Below are positions 1 through 13,950 of a stretch of DNA of 64,000 bases, piece after piece; within the stretch, counting starts at the first letter, position 1, and every line of letters begins with the position of its first letter. The stretch is from Octopus sinensis (taxonomy: Eukaryota), in contig NC_043003.1 in the NCBI RefSeq assembly GCF_006345805.1, positions 18,724,001 through 18,788,000 on the forward strand, given 5' to 3'. Below the pieces are notes generated by a model that was not told where the DNA came from, ran no database searches, and saw only the letters and a program-made list of their open reading frames with translations. Both the position numbers and the translations under genes were made by a program.

Positions 1-2614
1 GAAGAGCCAGCCTTGTTCATGCTGAATCTATCTGAGAACTACATTAAGAGTACACATGTCTGGAGTGCTCAACCACTTGCACATTAATTTCACAAGAAGG
101 CTGTTCCATTGATCAGATCAGCAGAACAGTAATCATCAAAACCATCAGAGCCTGGACATTTGACAGAGTAATCTGAATACTAATGGGTTAAAAAAAAAAA
201 ATCACAATACCATACATATCATCTGTACCCTCAGGATCATCTCCCCCTGTGCCTCAGATATATATAAGCTCACTCATATTTTACTATTAATACATTGTTT
301 TTGTATATCATCTCCTTTATATACATATGATTTTACCTTGTATTGAGTGTGCTGTATCTAGTGTATATTATAGTCTGAATAACTCTGATATTACACTTAT
401 TTGTCTATTCATTTTTTCAAGTGTAAGTCCTCCTTTTCTGGAGACTTTTTAATGTTTTCACTTTTACACATTTTATAAATTTCTTTTTCTGAACCATTAT
501 GCTTAAACAGACGGAAGCATGTGGCCTTAGTGTTTAAGGTATTCAGCTCGTGCATTTCAATTCCTGGACTGGGTGGCATGTTGTATCCTTCAGTGAAGCA
601 ATTCAATTCAAGCTGCTCCTATCTACTCAGCTGTGATGAATACCAACCAGATGTTGGGGCAGCCCTCCCTCTCTCCCATACTTGTCATATCCAAAATGTT
701 CCCAAGATCGAGAGTAAGAAAGGAGCTGAGAGTGTCTGCTTATGACTTCACAGACACTGAAAACAATCAGCGAAAGCATTGCAGAAGCTACCAAGCCATA
801 CTCACTCAAAGCAGGCTAGATCAAGACCTAGACAGTTTCTCTAGCAGTTTCAAGCAGCCAGGTTTAAGATTGAAACTTCCACAAGGATACATGATTCATT
901 AATATTCTAATCGTTTCAGATAACAGAAGATATTGATGAAGATAATTTCTTTATTGATAGTTAATGGCTTCTAGATCAGTGCCAGAGATTATAACACTGA
1001 AAATATTGTAAAGTTATTGCATTGCTAACACCCTCGAGAAAGGATAAACATCGCGGTCTTATTCTCCCACCCTTTATAAATCCAAGTCTTCTATGGAAAT
1101 AAAAAAAAAAATCAATAACTCAGTAGTTATGAAGTGACTTACAAATTCAATTGATAAATAACAGAGCTTGCTAATGTTGAACATCAGTTTATTAATTTTA
1201 TTTTAAATCAATTTATTAAAACTCAACTGGTTGTTTTTGAATATTACAGAAAACAAACAAAGAGTCATGGAAAATACAGAAAAGAACTTATTTAACTAGA
1301 TTTGTTAATAGCCCATTACTAATTTTACAAGAGCTTCCTCTGCATTCAATCGGTCATTCACACCCACTTAGTTTCAAGAAACAATGTTCTAAATGCAACA
1401 GAGAAAGCAACCAATAAAACAAAAATTAAATAAAATAGCCAGAACTCAGAATTATGTTGAAATCAGAATTTCTATAAAAATGTTCCAAGTTAATATTGAT
1501 AGGATTCACATAGCAAAAGAGGCGTCTAAAATTTCCTCATCGCCTTCAGTTTCAGGCCAGCTGTTAGATGCACTGATTTTAGCTGGCTTTCATCTTTAAA
1601 GAATTCAATGCACCACTGACGTCTTTCATCGAATTTGTTATCGTATTCTGCACACACATACACACACACACACTTTTCGGATGTACTTCACAATAATGTT
1701 TCTCTAAATAGTAATTCATAAAGTACCAGATCAAAGAGAATGTTTTATTCAACCAAAAGCATTGTTCTAACCCCCAAAAGGGCTTTAAATCTTCAAACAA
1801 CAAACCTCCCAACAACTAGGTGTAACATAATCAACATTATTTCAGCTATATGGAAAAAAGGAACCAGGAGATAATTACAATAGGCAGTTTGACAAGTGTG
1901 AAAGTCTCCTAAAGTAGAAACAGCAACAAATCTGAAAGCTTTCCAGTAGAATTTGTCAACATTTGATTGGTTCGACTTTCATATGAAAGTTTGATCATTT
2001 AAAAGATGACATGACTAACAACCATTAATTGCTAATTCCTATCAAGGAATAATAATGAAAATAAGCCATGGCGATGTCCACAAAACATGACAGGACAAGT
2101 TAATCATGTGAATGGGAAATAAGAATTAAATTCAGGAAACAGCCAAAAAAAAAAAAAGACCAAAATAAAACGCCAGAAATGAAAATGATTATAATCTTTA
2201 CTATTGAGGCCTGTTGCTCCCTTCCACCTCCTCTCTGTCTCTCCTCATCACCTCTGGTGAAGCTAATGTCATCATCATCATCATCATCATCATCAATGTC
2301 TTTATTATCATCCTTATTAATTGCTCTATATTTGTTTTTTTCTCATTGTATAACCCCCAATTCAATCCTAATTGAATAGTCCTCAGATCAAAAGAGTTCC
2401 AACCATGACCATCCCTATATCTTTTACCAGGGCTGTGGAATCGGAAACAATTAAAGGGTAGCTGGAGTCAGAGTCAGTAAAATAGACCACAATCACTTAA
2501 TTACATAGAGGAGTTGGAGGTGCCAATAGTAGAGGAGTCAGAGCCAAAGTTTTTTTGCTTCAACTCCAAGGCCCTCTCTTTTACATTTATATATACATAC
2601 ACATTTCATCATCA

Positions 2615-2915
2615 TCATCATCATCATTTAGCGTCCGTTTTCCATGCTAGCATGGGTTGGACGGTTCTACTGGGGTCTGTGAAGCCAGAAGGCTTCATCA
2701 GGCCCAGTCAAATCTGGCAGTGTTTCTACGGCTGGATGCCCTTCCTAACGCCAACCACTCCGTGAGTGTAGTGGGTGCTTTTTACGTGCCACCCGCACTG
2801 GTGCCAGACAGAGCTGGCAAACGGCCACGAACGGATGGTGCTTTTTATGTGCCACCGGCACGAGGGCCAGGCGAGGCTGGCAACGGACACGAAACGGGCC
2901 TCGCCTGGCCCTCGT
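2615..2915 (-). mobile_element. Family C retroposon with RTE-like 3' end and (GAT)n tail
   Basis: (CAT)n-TTTAGCGTCCGTTTTCCATGCTAGCATGGGTTGGAC...GGATGCCCTTCCTAACGCCAACC; internal repeated GTGCTTTTTAYGTGCCACC units. Confidence 0.85.
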
Positions 2916-2916
2916 T

Positions 2917-3016
2917 TATATATATATATATATACACACACACATTATATATATATATATATACACACACATTATATATATATATATATACACACATTAT
3001 ATATATACACACACAT

Positions 3017-3061
<45 letters not shown>
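2917..3061. repeat. Compound (TA)n/(CA)n microsatellite
   Basis: Direct observation. Confidence 0.95.
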
Positions 3062-3079
3062 GGTACATGCATGGATATA

Positions 3080-3239
3080 GGCACAGACATGACTGTGTGG
3101 TTAAAAAGCTTGTTTGCCAAGCATGTGGTCTTGGGTTCAGTCTTACTACATGACACCTTGAGCATGTGTCTTCTTTTATAGCACTGAGCCAACTAAAGCC
3201 TTGCAAGTGGATTTGAAAGACAGAAACTGCAAGGAACCC

Positions 3240-3312
<73 letters not shown>

Positions 3313-3545
3313 TGTGCATGCACATGCATGTGTCCTTGTCTAGACATCACATGATGGATATAAATGAACATCATCATCATCATACAAGTGAGACTGTTCA
3401 ATTTCCAGTCTTCTGTGAAAAACATCTACCTACGGGAAAATGTTAACTTGTTTGGAAACAGGTGAGGATTGACAACAGAAAGGACATCCAACCATAGAAA
3501 ATTTGTCTCAACAAATTTCATTCAATCCAAGCAAACATGGAATAG
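3080..3545 (+). mobile_element. SINE family A composite copy
   Basis: Same head, (GT)n, then a 3' module. Confidence 0.8.
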
Positions 3546-4829
3546 TCAACGTTACATATTGATGAGGAGAGCTACACTGCCCAATGTGTACTTCCTTCCT
3601 AAGAGAATATGGTTACTATTTCTAGATAGACATCACTCCTATGTTTTGTATTAAGAAAGAATCCTTTTAACAAGTCATAAGAAATTTTCTAAATAAATAG
3701 CATTCTCAAACTCTTCACATTTCCACATCTATTATCGACGTTAAACAATTTTTTCCCTCCTTTCAGTGAAAATGAAATGTTTTGTCATTTCAAAAGAAAA
3801 ATATCAGATTTTCAAAATTAATAACTTTACAAAGAATTATTCATTTGAACAAATTGTATCATTCCTAAGGTTGTAAATGTTCTAATCATAAAAGAATTCT
3901 TTTCTTTTAATGTACCAATTGTTTTCTTTCTTTCTTTCTTTTTTTGTGTTTTTGGTATATCTTCTAAAAAGTATTTTTTCTAGTATTTTTTTTTAAACAA
4001 AAACGTTCAAAAGTGTCTTAATTGCAGCTCTGTCTAATTCATGTCATCATTAAAAAAACACAGGTTAAAAGAATGAAAAGTATTTGAATTAGAGACAGCA
4101 TAACTATTCTCAGTAGATTTAGTTTCTTTCTGATTAATTTTCAACTACTAAATTTTAAAAGACAGGGAAAAGATTGTGCATGAGGTAGCATGAGCAATAA
4201 TTTTAAATAAAAACATATAGACAGTAGAGGGAACTCTTTAATTCTAATAGCTTTCTATTTCTGGTGATATAAAATGCACCCTGTCCATGATAGAAAGTAG
4301 TTTGCAATAGAGAGGGCATCCATCCATCCCTCTCCACACCTCTCTCTCTCTGTAGAAATTAAAACAATAACAGAGATAGGTAATTTTTTGTGTGTATCAA
4401 ATGATGAAGCAGCATGATGCTGTGCTAAGACAGACTTGTCCAAACTATAACAGGGGACGGGGGGAGAAGACCAAAGTTAAAACAATGATGATGACTGGAT
4501 TAGCATTTGACACAAGTTTCATTCTCTTCAACACAATCTAGATATTAATACCAGTATCCGGTGTACCAAATCAATGCTTCTTTTTATTCTTGTTTTCTTT
4601 CTCCTGTCTTTCACTGTTACCACTTCAACTAAAACATCATAATTTCCACTTCCATTTCTCCCTTCCTCCCTCTTTCTCTATCTTGCCTGACACTCACCAT
4701 CATTTCTAGCATCACTATAATCATAAACAACCATAGTTCTCAGTTTTCACTATCAAAAACCCATGGAAATTCCATGAATTTTGCTAGTCATTCATTAAAA
4801 TAAATAGCTTAGGTTGAGAATATTGGATC

Positions 4830-4977
4830 CTTATATATATGTGTATATATATATATATATATATAATATATATATATATATGAGCACCTATTAATAATAA
4901 TACTGTAATTGTTCCACGTATTGTTGTTTTTTTGTTTTCCCGTTTGGATTAAAATTATATATATATATATAATATAT

Positions 4978-5009
<32 letters not shown>

Positions 5010-5036
5010 CATACACACACACACACACACACACAC
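4830..5036. repeat. (TA)n and (CA)n microsatellite cluster
   Basis: Direct observation. Confidence 0.9.
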
Positions 5037-5054
5037 TTTTATTCTTTTACTTAT

Positions 5055-5405
5055 TTCAGTCATTTGACTGCAGCCATGCTGAAGAACCATCTTTAGTTGG
5101 ACAAATCAACCTCGGGACTTGTTCTTTGTAAGTCTTGTATCCATCTACTGGTCTCTTTTGCCGAACAGTTTAGTTACGGGGATGAAAACACACCAACATC
5201 AATTGTCAAACAATGGTAGGGGAACAAACACACACACATATATACAACGGGCTTCTTTCAGTTTCTATCTACCAAATCTACTCACAAGGCATTGATCAGC
5301 CCATGGCTATAGCAGAAGACACTTGCCCAAGGTGCCACACAGTGGGACTGAACCTGGAACCATGTAGTTGAGAAACAAGCTTCTTACCACACAACCACTC
5401 CTGTG
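5055..5405 (-). mobile_element. SINE family A copy
   Basis: Reverse complement of the family A head and tail. Confidence 0.8.
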
Positions 5406-5417
5406 CCTATATATATA

Positions 5418-6226
5418 CAGAGTGTGGTAAATAAATTGTTGTCTAAATTACACAAAAATGAAAATAATATTGACATCTCATTTTAATAGATATATTTACC
5501 AAAATTACATTTCAAATACTAAAGAGTAAATTTATTCAATAAAATTGCCAATGGCTTCAACCATGGCCTTCAGATGACTTTGGAATCTCCTGCAACTCTT
5601 CTGGACAGGCTCCAATTCATCCTTGATGTTACATGGAATTTTGTTGGTCTCTTGCTCAACTGTGCCCCATGCATAATAATCAAGGGGGTTGCATTCTAGG
5701 GAGTTAGGTGGCCAGATGTTAACGGTGATGTGGTCGCAGAAATTATCTGAAAGTCATGACTAGGTTCTCCTGCTTGGTGCAGAGTCCTGTTGCCAAGCAT
5801 AGTGTCTTCTAGCAACCACCCTCTTCACCCAGGGCAGTACTACCTCCTCCAGGCATTAGATGCAGGCCTCTGTGTGGAGTCAGAAGCTGTGTGGAAAGAT
5901 GAATGGAGGCATAATGTCACCATCCCGAGTGATCATTCCAAACACCATGATGTTGACTGGATGTTTGATTTTTATCACTCTCAGTATGTCCTCAGATTGA
6001 CACCCAAATACTCTGAAATGTTTGTATAGGAGCTTCCAGTGCAAATGCTGTTTCTAACTGCATGTTGTTTCTAAATTTTTGGCAGAATGAATTATAGTGC
6101 TGTTTTTCTCACAGACAGTGCCCAACTGACCCTATTATATCTTGTGGTCGATAAAATCAAAGGCAAACAATGCACATGCATGAAATTAGAAATATAAAAT
6201 GGCAACAATTTACCCATCACACCCCA
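5418..6226 (-). mobile_element. Internally deleted Tc1/mariner element, maT (DD37D)-like, decayed
   Basis: Minus strand ~5975-5545 reads KHPVNIMVFGMITRDGDIMPPFIFP...EEVVLPWVK...WQQDSAP...NIWPPNS.ECNP/DYYAWG with stops and a frameshift. Imperfect 26-bp TIRs (5418-5443 vs 6201-6226, 18/26 match), each flanked by TA. Confidence 0.85.
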
Positions 6227-8919
6227 TATATATAAAATATGGGTATTACTTTTACACTAAAGTTTTGTGAAAGTTATCAAAAATCAACATAATCTACAAT
6301 GTTCAAAGACTGTCATAGATTAACGACAGAAAGTACCTGTGGGATGAAGTGGTTTCCTCAGACAGTCTTAGGTACAAAGTGATGCAAGGTTAAGATTCAC
6401 AGAAAGACGTGGTACTGCAGGTACATTTAACATGTAACCAGCATCAACATCCAGGATAAAGCCAGTTGATAAAAACTGATGATGATGAATGATAACAGTG
6501 ACAACAGACAACAATGTCCTCATTAAATAGAAACTTAAACTTGAAAGTTTACACGATGTTTTGCAGAATGATTACAGGAAAACTAATTTAATATGAGTGG
6601 AAAACATATGTACAATGTGTGAAGACAAATATAATTTCCACCACTACCAACCACTACCCTCACTAGTACTAGTTACAGCAGTCTCTACCAAAGACAAAAA
6701 TCCTTAACATAAAACCTTTCTCATTCCTAGGTAACAGTAACTGTGAGAAGGCTAAGGAGGATTCTGGGTGGTTATTGATACACACAACAAACCTGCAGAC
6801 ATTGTGGCAACTAATAGCTTCCTATTTCAAATCTTCCGTGTTCTATTTTTAAACCCCAATGTACATAAGAGCGAAAGTAAATGATATCATAGGGGTGGGG
6901 GTATAGAGGAAAAGCCATCAAAATTTTACATGTGATGTTGTTGGTGAATGCTTCATTGAAACTCCGTGATCAAAGAATGGAAACAGGAAATATGAGATAA
7001 AATACAACCGAGTTGTTGTCGTATGAAACATCTAAGAGAATTCAGAACGACTAATATCCTGTAATAAAAATAATAAGTATGTACCCAGCTTCCAAAGATA
7101 AAAATTATCACAACTGCTGCCATGCTCCCGTGATTCCCTAATGTTGAAAAGAATATCTATAAACTAATTTGAATATGAAGAGGTTCGAGATAAATTTCTT
7201 TCTAAGTAAATATAAAGGAATTATGAAATATTGATATTATATCAACAGCCTTTAATTTTCTTTCATCAATAAGATTCAAGAAAATTATGGAGCAATAAAT
7301 ATTTAAAAATAAAAAAAAAATAAAAGGAAAAAAGATACAGTAAAATATTTAAATACGAAGGTGAAAACAAAAATTCATTTTCCTTTCCATATGCAATGGA
7401 GAAATGAGAAAAGCTCAGATATAGGCATGCTGGTAATAAATACCTGCAGCATTTCATCTTTTCCCCCTTTCATAAAACAACCATACTAGCATTTTATAAT
7501 TGAACCACCTTTTTACTCTCAATGGGGTTAGCCAGTTACTTTCCTATACTTTCTTACCATCAAGCTGACAATAAACAGCTCATTCCCCAGTTTTGCTTTT
7601 GTTCTTTTTTGTTGGTTCTTTTATTTTTCTCCTTATTTTATTATTTTTTAAATTTTTTCCCTTCCATCTTTGTTGACTATTTTAACTGAAGCAGAACACA
7701 TTTCTGATACACAAGCACACAAATTGTGTACTTTTTTAAAAGAAAGAAAAACTCTTTCTTGCAATTACTAATTAGGCACAGGCATGACTATGAGGTTAAG
7801 AAGCTTGCTTTGCAACCATGCAGTTCCAAGTTCAGTCCCACTGTGCAGTACCTTGGGTAAATGTCTTCTTTAGCCTCAGGCTGACCAATACCTTGTGAGT
7901 GAATGTGGCAAACAGAAATTGTGTTCTTGAGGAAAACACTTTCATCTCACATTGTTCCAATCCACTCAGCTGTAAAGGAGTTCTAGCAAAAGCCAGGAAG
8001 TTAACCTTTTAATGACAGGTGCTCCTTTCAGAAGGGAGTGTTGCAACTAGGTTAAGGTTCCAGCCTTATTAGTTCTAGGGCTCCTGATAGACTTTAGCTA
8101 AGCTAAGAGATTACAAAAAGAACCAGTTTTGTGAGCCGGTGGACCCTTCTCAACTGGGGTTGTTTGTGGGTTTATCAACAGAATTGTCCCTTAGGTGTTA
8201 GTCATGCCCCAATGTAGGCCCTAGATGGCATACAAAGAATTAGCAAATGATAAGGGATGGTTTGTTTTTTTACACCCCTGGCTGACGAAGGAGGCTTTTG
8301 AAACACAATTTTAGGAGCATTATATTTGTAATGATCACCATAGGTAAACATCAAAAATTGAAGTGACTGCCATTTCTAGCAAACACCAAGGTCTTTAATT
8401 GTGAAATGTTCAGGTGTAAGGTTGGCATGATGCAAATCTGTTCTTTTGATGTTTAGTGATGGTGCCTTTGTGTTGTTCAAGTTGACTAGATTGTTAAAAT
8501 ACAAGCGTGATGTGAAGTGTCTGGATTGTGTGCAGACAAACCCTCAGTGCATAGGCTTAATGAATAATAAAGGGTAGTAGAAATGTATAAACGAAAACAA
8601 AATCCTGGCAATTTTTATAACCATGTTTCCTAGTAGCTCTAGTAAATTTTTATGCCTCAAATTATACACATCATTTAAAAATTCATTCAACAAACCATCA
8701 CTATAAGGGCTATAGAAAAAGGGAAGTTGAAAACAGTTACATTGAACTTTAGTTTCACAAATGAAAATTAAATTTTAAAATTTCCTTTTTTCTTTTTATA
8801 AGCTATTAATTTTGACTCCTAGCAACCTAACATGCAAGAGAGCTCTGATGTGTCTCCCTGCCAACCCTCAAATATATTTTCATTTTTATTGCCTACTAAA
8901 GGCAGTGAGCCAGCAGGAT

Positions 8920-9140
8920 CATTACAGCTTCAGGGGTGGGATAGGGGTATGCTTTGTGGTATGTATTCTGGATCATATCATTCTGAGTTCAAATCCCACT
9001 ATGATCAAATGTGTCCGTCAGCCCTCCAGGGTTGATAAATTCAAGCACCTGTCAAGTACGTGGGGATCAATAGTACCAACTAGTCCCATTCCCCTCAAGA
9101 TTGCTAGCCTTGTACCTAAATCAGAAACCATTATTACTAT
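8920..9140 (+). mobile_element. SINE family B, old plus-strand copy
   Basis: TTCTGAGTTCAAATCCC...GGGTTGATAAATT...CTAGCCTTGTACCTAAATCAGAAACCATTATT. Confidence 0.6.
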
Positions 9141-9594
9141 TGTTTACTAAAAACAACAGAAGCAGTTGAAATATTAAACAAGGTCTGGATGCCGCCTTTT
9201 CTAAATGTATACCATACACTTTTAAAATAATCTCCAGCTCATTTGTACTCTATTCGCTAAGGTTAAATAAATCTTGAGTAAACTGTGAAAATAATTAGGA
9301 ATTTCATGATGGTAATTTCAGTTGAATTCATATTTATGATTTTTGGCATTAAATTAAAATCCAACAACTTAAGACTGCTCGACTGCAAACCAATAGGTCT
9401 GGCAAAATAATTTGTGGTTAAGTGACCAAGATAATTTGGTTGTGGGACCTACCTATTGCTCATAATTATGTCAAGAGAAAGGTGATGAAAAAAGACTTGC
9501 ACAACATTGTCACCTTTAAAAATGAAACAGTTTAACCCTTTCCTGACATCCATTTCTAACTACACTGGTTATGTATTTGAATTAACTTTTAAAA

Positions 9595-9950
9595 TAGGCA
9601 CAGGTATGGCTGTGTAACTTCGTGGTCTGTGATTCAGTCCCACTGTGCAGCACTTTGGGTTAAGTGTTTTCTATTATAGCCCTGGGTTGACCACTGCTCT
9701 CTGAGTGAATTTAGTAGACAGAAACTACTGAAACCTGTTGCATGTATGTGTGTGTGATTTTGTGTTCGTCCCCTTGACAATTCATGTTAGATTGTTCACA
9801 TTCCCATAACTTAACAGTTCAGCAACAGAACTGATAAAATAAATACCAGGCTGTAAAAGAAAAAGTATCAGTGTTGAACTGTTTGGCTAAACTCTTCACG
9901 ATGGTGCCCCAGCATAGCTGCAGTCCAATGATTCTAACATGCAAAAAGTA
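9595..9950 (+). mobile_element. SINE family A copy (diverged)
   Basis: Family A head and tail recognisable. Confidence 0.75.
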
Positions 9951-10841
9951 AATAATAAAAAATTTGGGGGGCAGTTAGTAAAATAACTACACTTTTGGAT
10001 TATTAAATTTAAATTTGAAACTTAAGAAAATACTCCCGTATAAAATGTGGATAGTTTTAATTTAGGAATTCTATGGAATGAGTAGTACAAGAAGTAGTCT
10101 CTCAGCCAGATTGATATCAAACAAATAAACTCAGAATATTTATATGTAGCCAAAGAAGGATTAATATCTCACTATTCTGATTCAATATTACCAATGATTG
10201 AACAGCTGTTACAGATAAAAAGGAAAATAGTCAATAGATATAAAACATTATCGTAAACTATTGGGATCGTTTCTACGCAAAGCTTCAATAAAATTGTTGT
10301 TTCATGTCCATAAACGAGAATTTCAAAGAAAACTAAATAGAATAATGTAGTTAAATTTATTTGAAAATTAGTCATTACTTTGTTTAAAGGAATAGTTAAC
10401 ATCAAATAATTTACATCAAGAGAGACAGGGCAGACAGGAGATAACATTTATTTGAATAATAAATAATGATAATTATCTCTTCAACTACGATTACATCATT
10501 TTAGACTGAGGCTGTCATAAAGGTTAGGTCACAATACCCTGAAAACTTTAATATCTTGCGAGCATTAGAAGCAGAATTAATCCTAACTAGCAATAATGAA
10601 CATAGCTGGAGAAACTTGTAACTGGTGTTCAAAAGAAAATGAACAAGCATAGATACAATGATCATTTACAAAGAAAAATTTCTGCTTTTATTTCCTACAC
10701 TGTAAGCAAAAGGAAGGCTACGATGCTCTGAAGTGCCAGACATGCTAAGTAGAAAAAGTTAAGCTTTCATTTTGAATTGCTTTGTAGAATTAAATTACAA
10801 CTTCCTTACATAAAACAATCATGCTATTTATACATTTTTAA

Positions 10842-11063
10842 CTCCTTAGCATTTAAACCAGCCATATCCAGCCAAAATATTCTACCTGTTTTAAGTTCAA
10901 ACTGGCCGAATCCAGCCTCTCATACCTATCCTACAATGTTATTCTAAGAATAAAACAATCACATCATTGAGATGCTCAAAGCTATGAAATAAAGCATGAT
11001 CAATTCAAAACAATTTGAATAAATAAGCATCAATTTTGACAGAATAATATGTATACTAAAGGG
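10842..11063. mobile_element. piggyBac-like MITE, second family (partial reverse copy at ~21285-21415)
   Basis: TTAA|CTCCTTAGCATT ... ATACTAAAGGG|TTAA. Confidence 0.7.
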
Positions 11064-11104
11064 TTAATCATTGTTGTCGTTCTTATTGTTTATATTTCAA
11101 CACT

Positions 11105-11525
11105 TACAAGGTCCAGGTGAAATTCGTTGGGGCAGATTTTATACAGCCAGGTACTTTTCCTGTTGCCAACATTCCACTGTTTCCAAGCAAGGTAATATTG
11201 CCCCCAAGTCCTTTGAACATAAACAGTAGAATGACTGGACATATATTTCCAGAACATTGTAGGCAAATGACACTGCTTGTTCAACTGTGGGTTTTGTTTA
11301 CAAATACAGCACAATTTAAGAACAAGGACATGCGCACACATACAAAAATACATACATACACGCACGCACAAACACACACACAATTTCTTTAAGTTTCTGT
11401 CTACCAAACCCACTCACAAGGCTTTGATTAGTTCGGGGCTATAGCAGATGGCACTTGCTCAAAATATCACAGTGGTACTAGACACTATTACATGGCTGGG
11501 GAAGCAAACATTTTAACTATGTAAC
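11105..11525 (-). mobile_element. SINE family A composite copy (diverged)
   Basis: Reverse of the 3080-3545 architecture. Confidence 0.7.
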
Positions 11526-12719
11526 CCTGTACCCTGATGTAATAAAATATTTAACATATTTAAGAAGACTGGAGAAGCACTGAAAAAAGGAATAGAGTAA
11601 AGATTGAACTCAATTTAAAAAAACCAAAGTTTTGAAGCCTCCCGCGGCACAAGTTGGTTCTGTTTTAATACCAATAACACAAAAATTCTAACTGACTGCA
11701 TGAGTATTATCTATCATTGGAGGAATATAGGAGGGAGTGATGTTTAAGAAGGGATGAGATTCATGAGCTTGCAGTGGGGAAACAGCTAGAAAAAGAAGGT
11801 TCTTCAGAAGAAAAATCTTTCAAGATGAAAAATTTAGAAATCTGGTTAAAACTAAAGAAAAGGAGACAATAGAAAGTATACATGTAATATTTTGCAGCCT
11901 CCCTAATTAGCTCAACTCTAGGATAGTATTGTAATCTTCAGGATAACCAGGACTTGCATGTTTCTACAGATCTTCACCCAAACACACATTATTGCATGTA
12001 GCTTCTGTGCTCATCGCTAGCCTATACAGGAGAGAGAGAGAGAGAGAGACAGGAAGGTGGAGCATAGATGTAATATTGTGTAACCTTCCTAATTAACACA
12101 TGTAACAAACAATGTGGCAGAACATCACTGGAAGATATGAACTTATACCTTATATACTGCCAAGAAACAAAAGATCAAATATTCATTGAAGAAACGGGGC
12201 AGCTCATATTGTGCTATCTTGTACTTCCTCTTATCTGGCTTATTGCCACTGAAAACAAATGAGTTTGGCAGGTTTTCCTGCATTTTATGACCAAAAGCAA
12301 TACAACGTAGTGCTTTGGCTATTTCTTTATCACTGCTACTTAACAGATAACAGATGAACTTCCTCCTTTCTTTTGTGTGTGTGTATGTGAGAGGGAAATT
12401 AAAATGTAAAATGGTCGAAAGTATAGCCAAATCTTACTCATAATAAAACAGCATCAAATGCATTAGAAGCCAATATTTTGTTGCTGTTGTTGTTTTTTTT
12501 AACCATATAAAAGAAAACAAAGATGATATCTAACAACATAACTTAATTAGACACATTCAAGGCCACAAATTCATAGAAAGAAAAAGAAAATTAATAGGGA
12601 AGATGACATCATCCTATGCTTATTAATAAAGTGTAATGCAAATCAAACTTAAGTAATAAAGGGGGGTTGCAGGAAACTTGGTATTCTAATATTAATCTCT
12701 AACATGTGGCATATAAAGG

Positions 12720-13950
12720 ACTCAAAAATGCTACAGTAAAATGTAATTCATATGTGGTGTACATGGATGAACAAACATTGCCTAGGTTCTGCCTATTGTG
12801 CCAACAGTGTTTGATAAATTAATCCATGAAACATGAGATCATTTAAATGACAAAGCAGAGAATTCATGTAAACCCAAAGTTGGAATATTTTAAAATCATG
12901 AAGAGTTTGAAAATAGATCCACTTTTAAACCATTGCTTTCTGCACAAAAATCCAGCAATCATAATCTTGAGGCAATTCATGAAATTTCTCTACTTAAAAA
13001 AAAAAATGATGATAGAATTTATAGTAGAGGTCACATCATCATTTAGCATCTGCTTTCCATGCTGACATGGGTGGACAGTTTGACTGAGGACTGGCAAGCC
13101 AGGAAGCTGCACCAGCCTCCAGTCTGATCTGGCAAGGTTTCTACAGCTGGATGCCCTTCCTAACACCAACCACTCCAAGAGTGTAGTGGGTGCTTTTTAC
13201 ATGCTACCAGCATGGGGGCCAGTTAGGTGGCACTGGCATCAACCATGCTCAAATGGTGCTTTTTACATGCCACCAGCACAGGAGCCAGTCAGTGGATATA
13301 ATTAAGCAAGCAATATCAACTTTTCACAATACAGAACTGGAGAAGGTTGACCAAAATGTCTAAGACATGCCACTAACAAAAGGGTTTGCTGTAGAATAAA
13401 TAAGTACAGATATCTAAGAACAGCTTATTCAAAATCAAAATCAATGAAATTCACAACACCAACAAGGAGGCCTTATTGTTCAAACATGAGATGTATTAAT
13501 GAGGAAGAGTTTTGAGGAAAGGAAAGTATTTTGCAAATCTTTAGACAGTATCACTACTGAAGTTGATGTCCTAATAAACTTAAAAATTGGCTGACAATAA
13601 CACATAAAAAAAAAAAAAAATCATTGCCCTATACTACAGATGGCATCCATACTCAAAAAAGCAAGAAAAATGGGTGTTAAAATTGATGAGAGCATGACAA
13701 CCCAGTAATGTTACTGATGCATTTGTGAAAATTTAGTTGCCAAGAAATGTTTCACCTGTTTTAAATGAAACAGTAAAGCCAGTAAAAAAATATATCAACA
13801 TTATCAAAGCTAATGTTAAATGTGAGCATCTCTTTAAACAGTTTTGTGAGTGTCAAGATGAAACCCAAAGATGAGGAGCTAGTTAAAGCTATTTTTTCAA
13901 ATAAAAGGAATTGTGATGGGGCTCTGTGATGAGACAAAAATTAAATACCC
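12720..13950 (+). mobile_element. Decayed hAT transposase remnant (Buster/Charlie, ZBED8/SCAND3-like), interrupted by a SINE
   Basis: Colinear broken peptides FCLLCQQCLIN*SMK (BED finger), VFCKSLDSITTEVDV and LNETVKPVKKYINIIKANVKCEHLFKQFCE resemble Buster-family transposases. Confidence 0.75.
13030..13295 (-). mobile_element. Family C retroposon nested in the hAT remnant
   Basis: Same diagnostic sequence. Confidence 0.8.

Noticed and set aside
2657-3446. Long ORFs rich in YI/HT/CV repeats (also 4809-5090, 15217-15447, 41711-42255, 61070-61420)
   Set aside because: Translations of (TA)n/(CA)n microsatellites and SINE bodies, not genes.
8260-8570. Possible Tc1 transposase remnant on the minus strand
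   Set aside because: Motif similarity too weak to support without a search.
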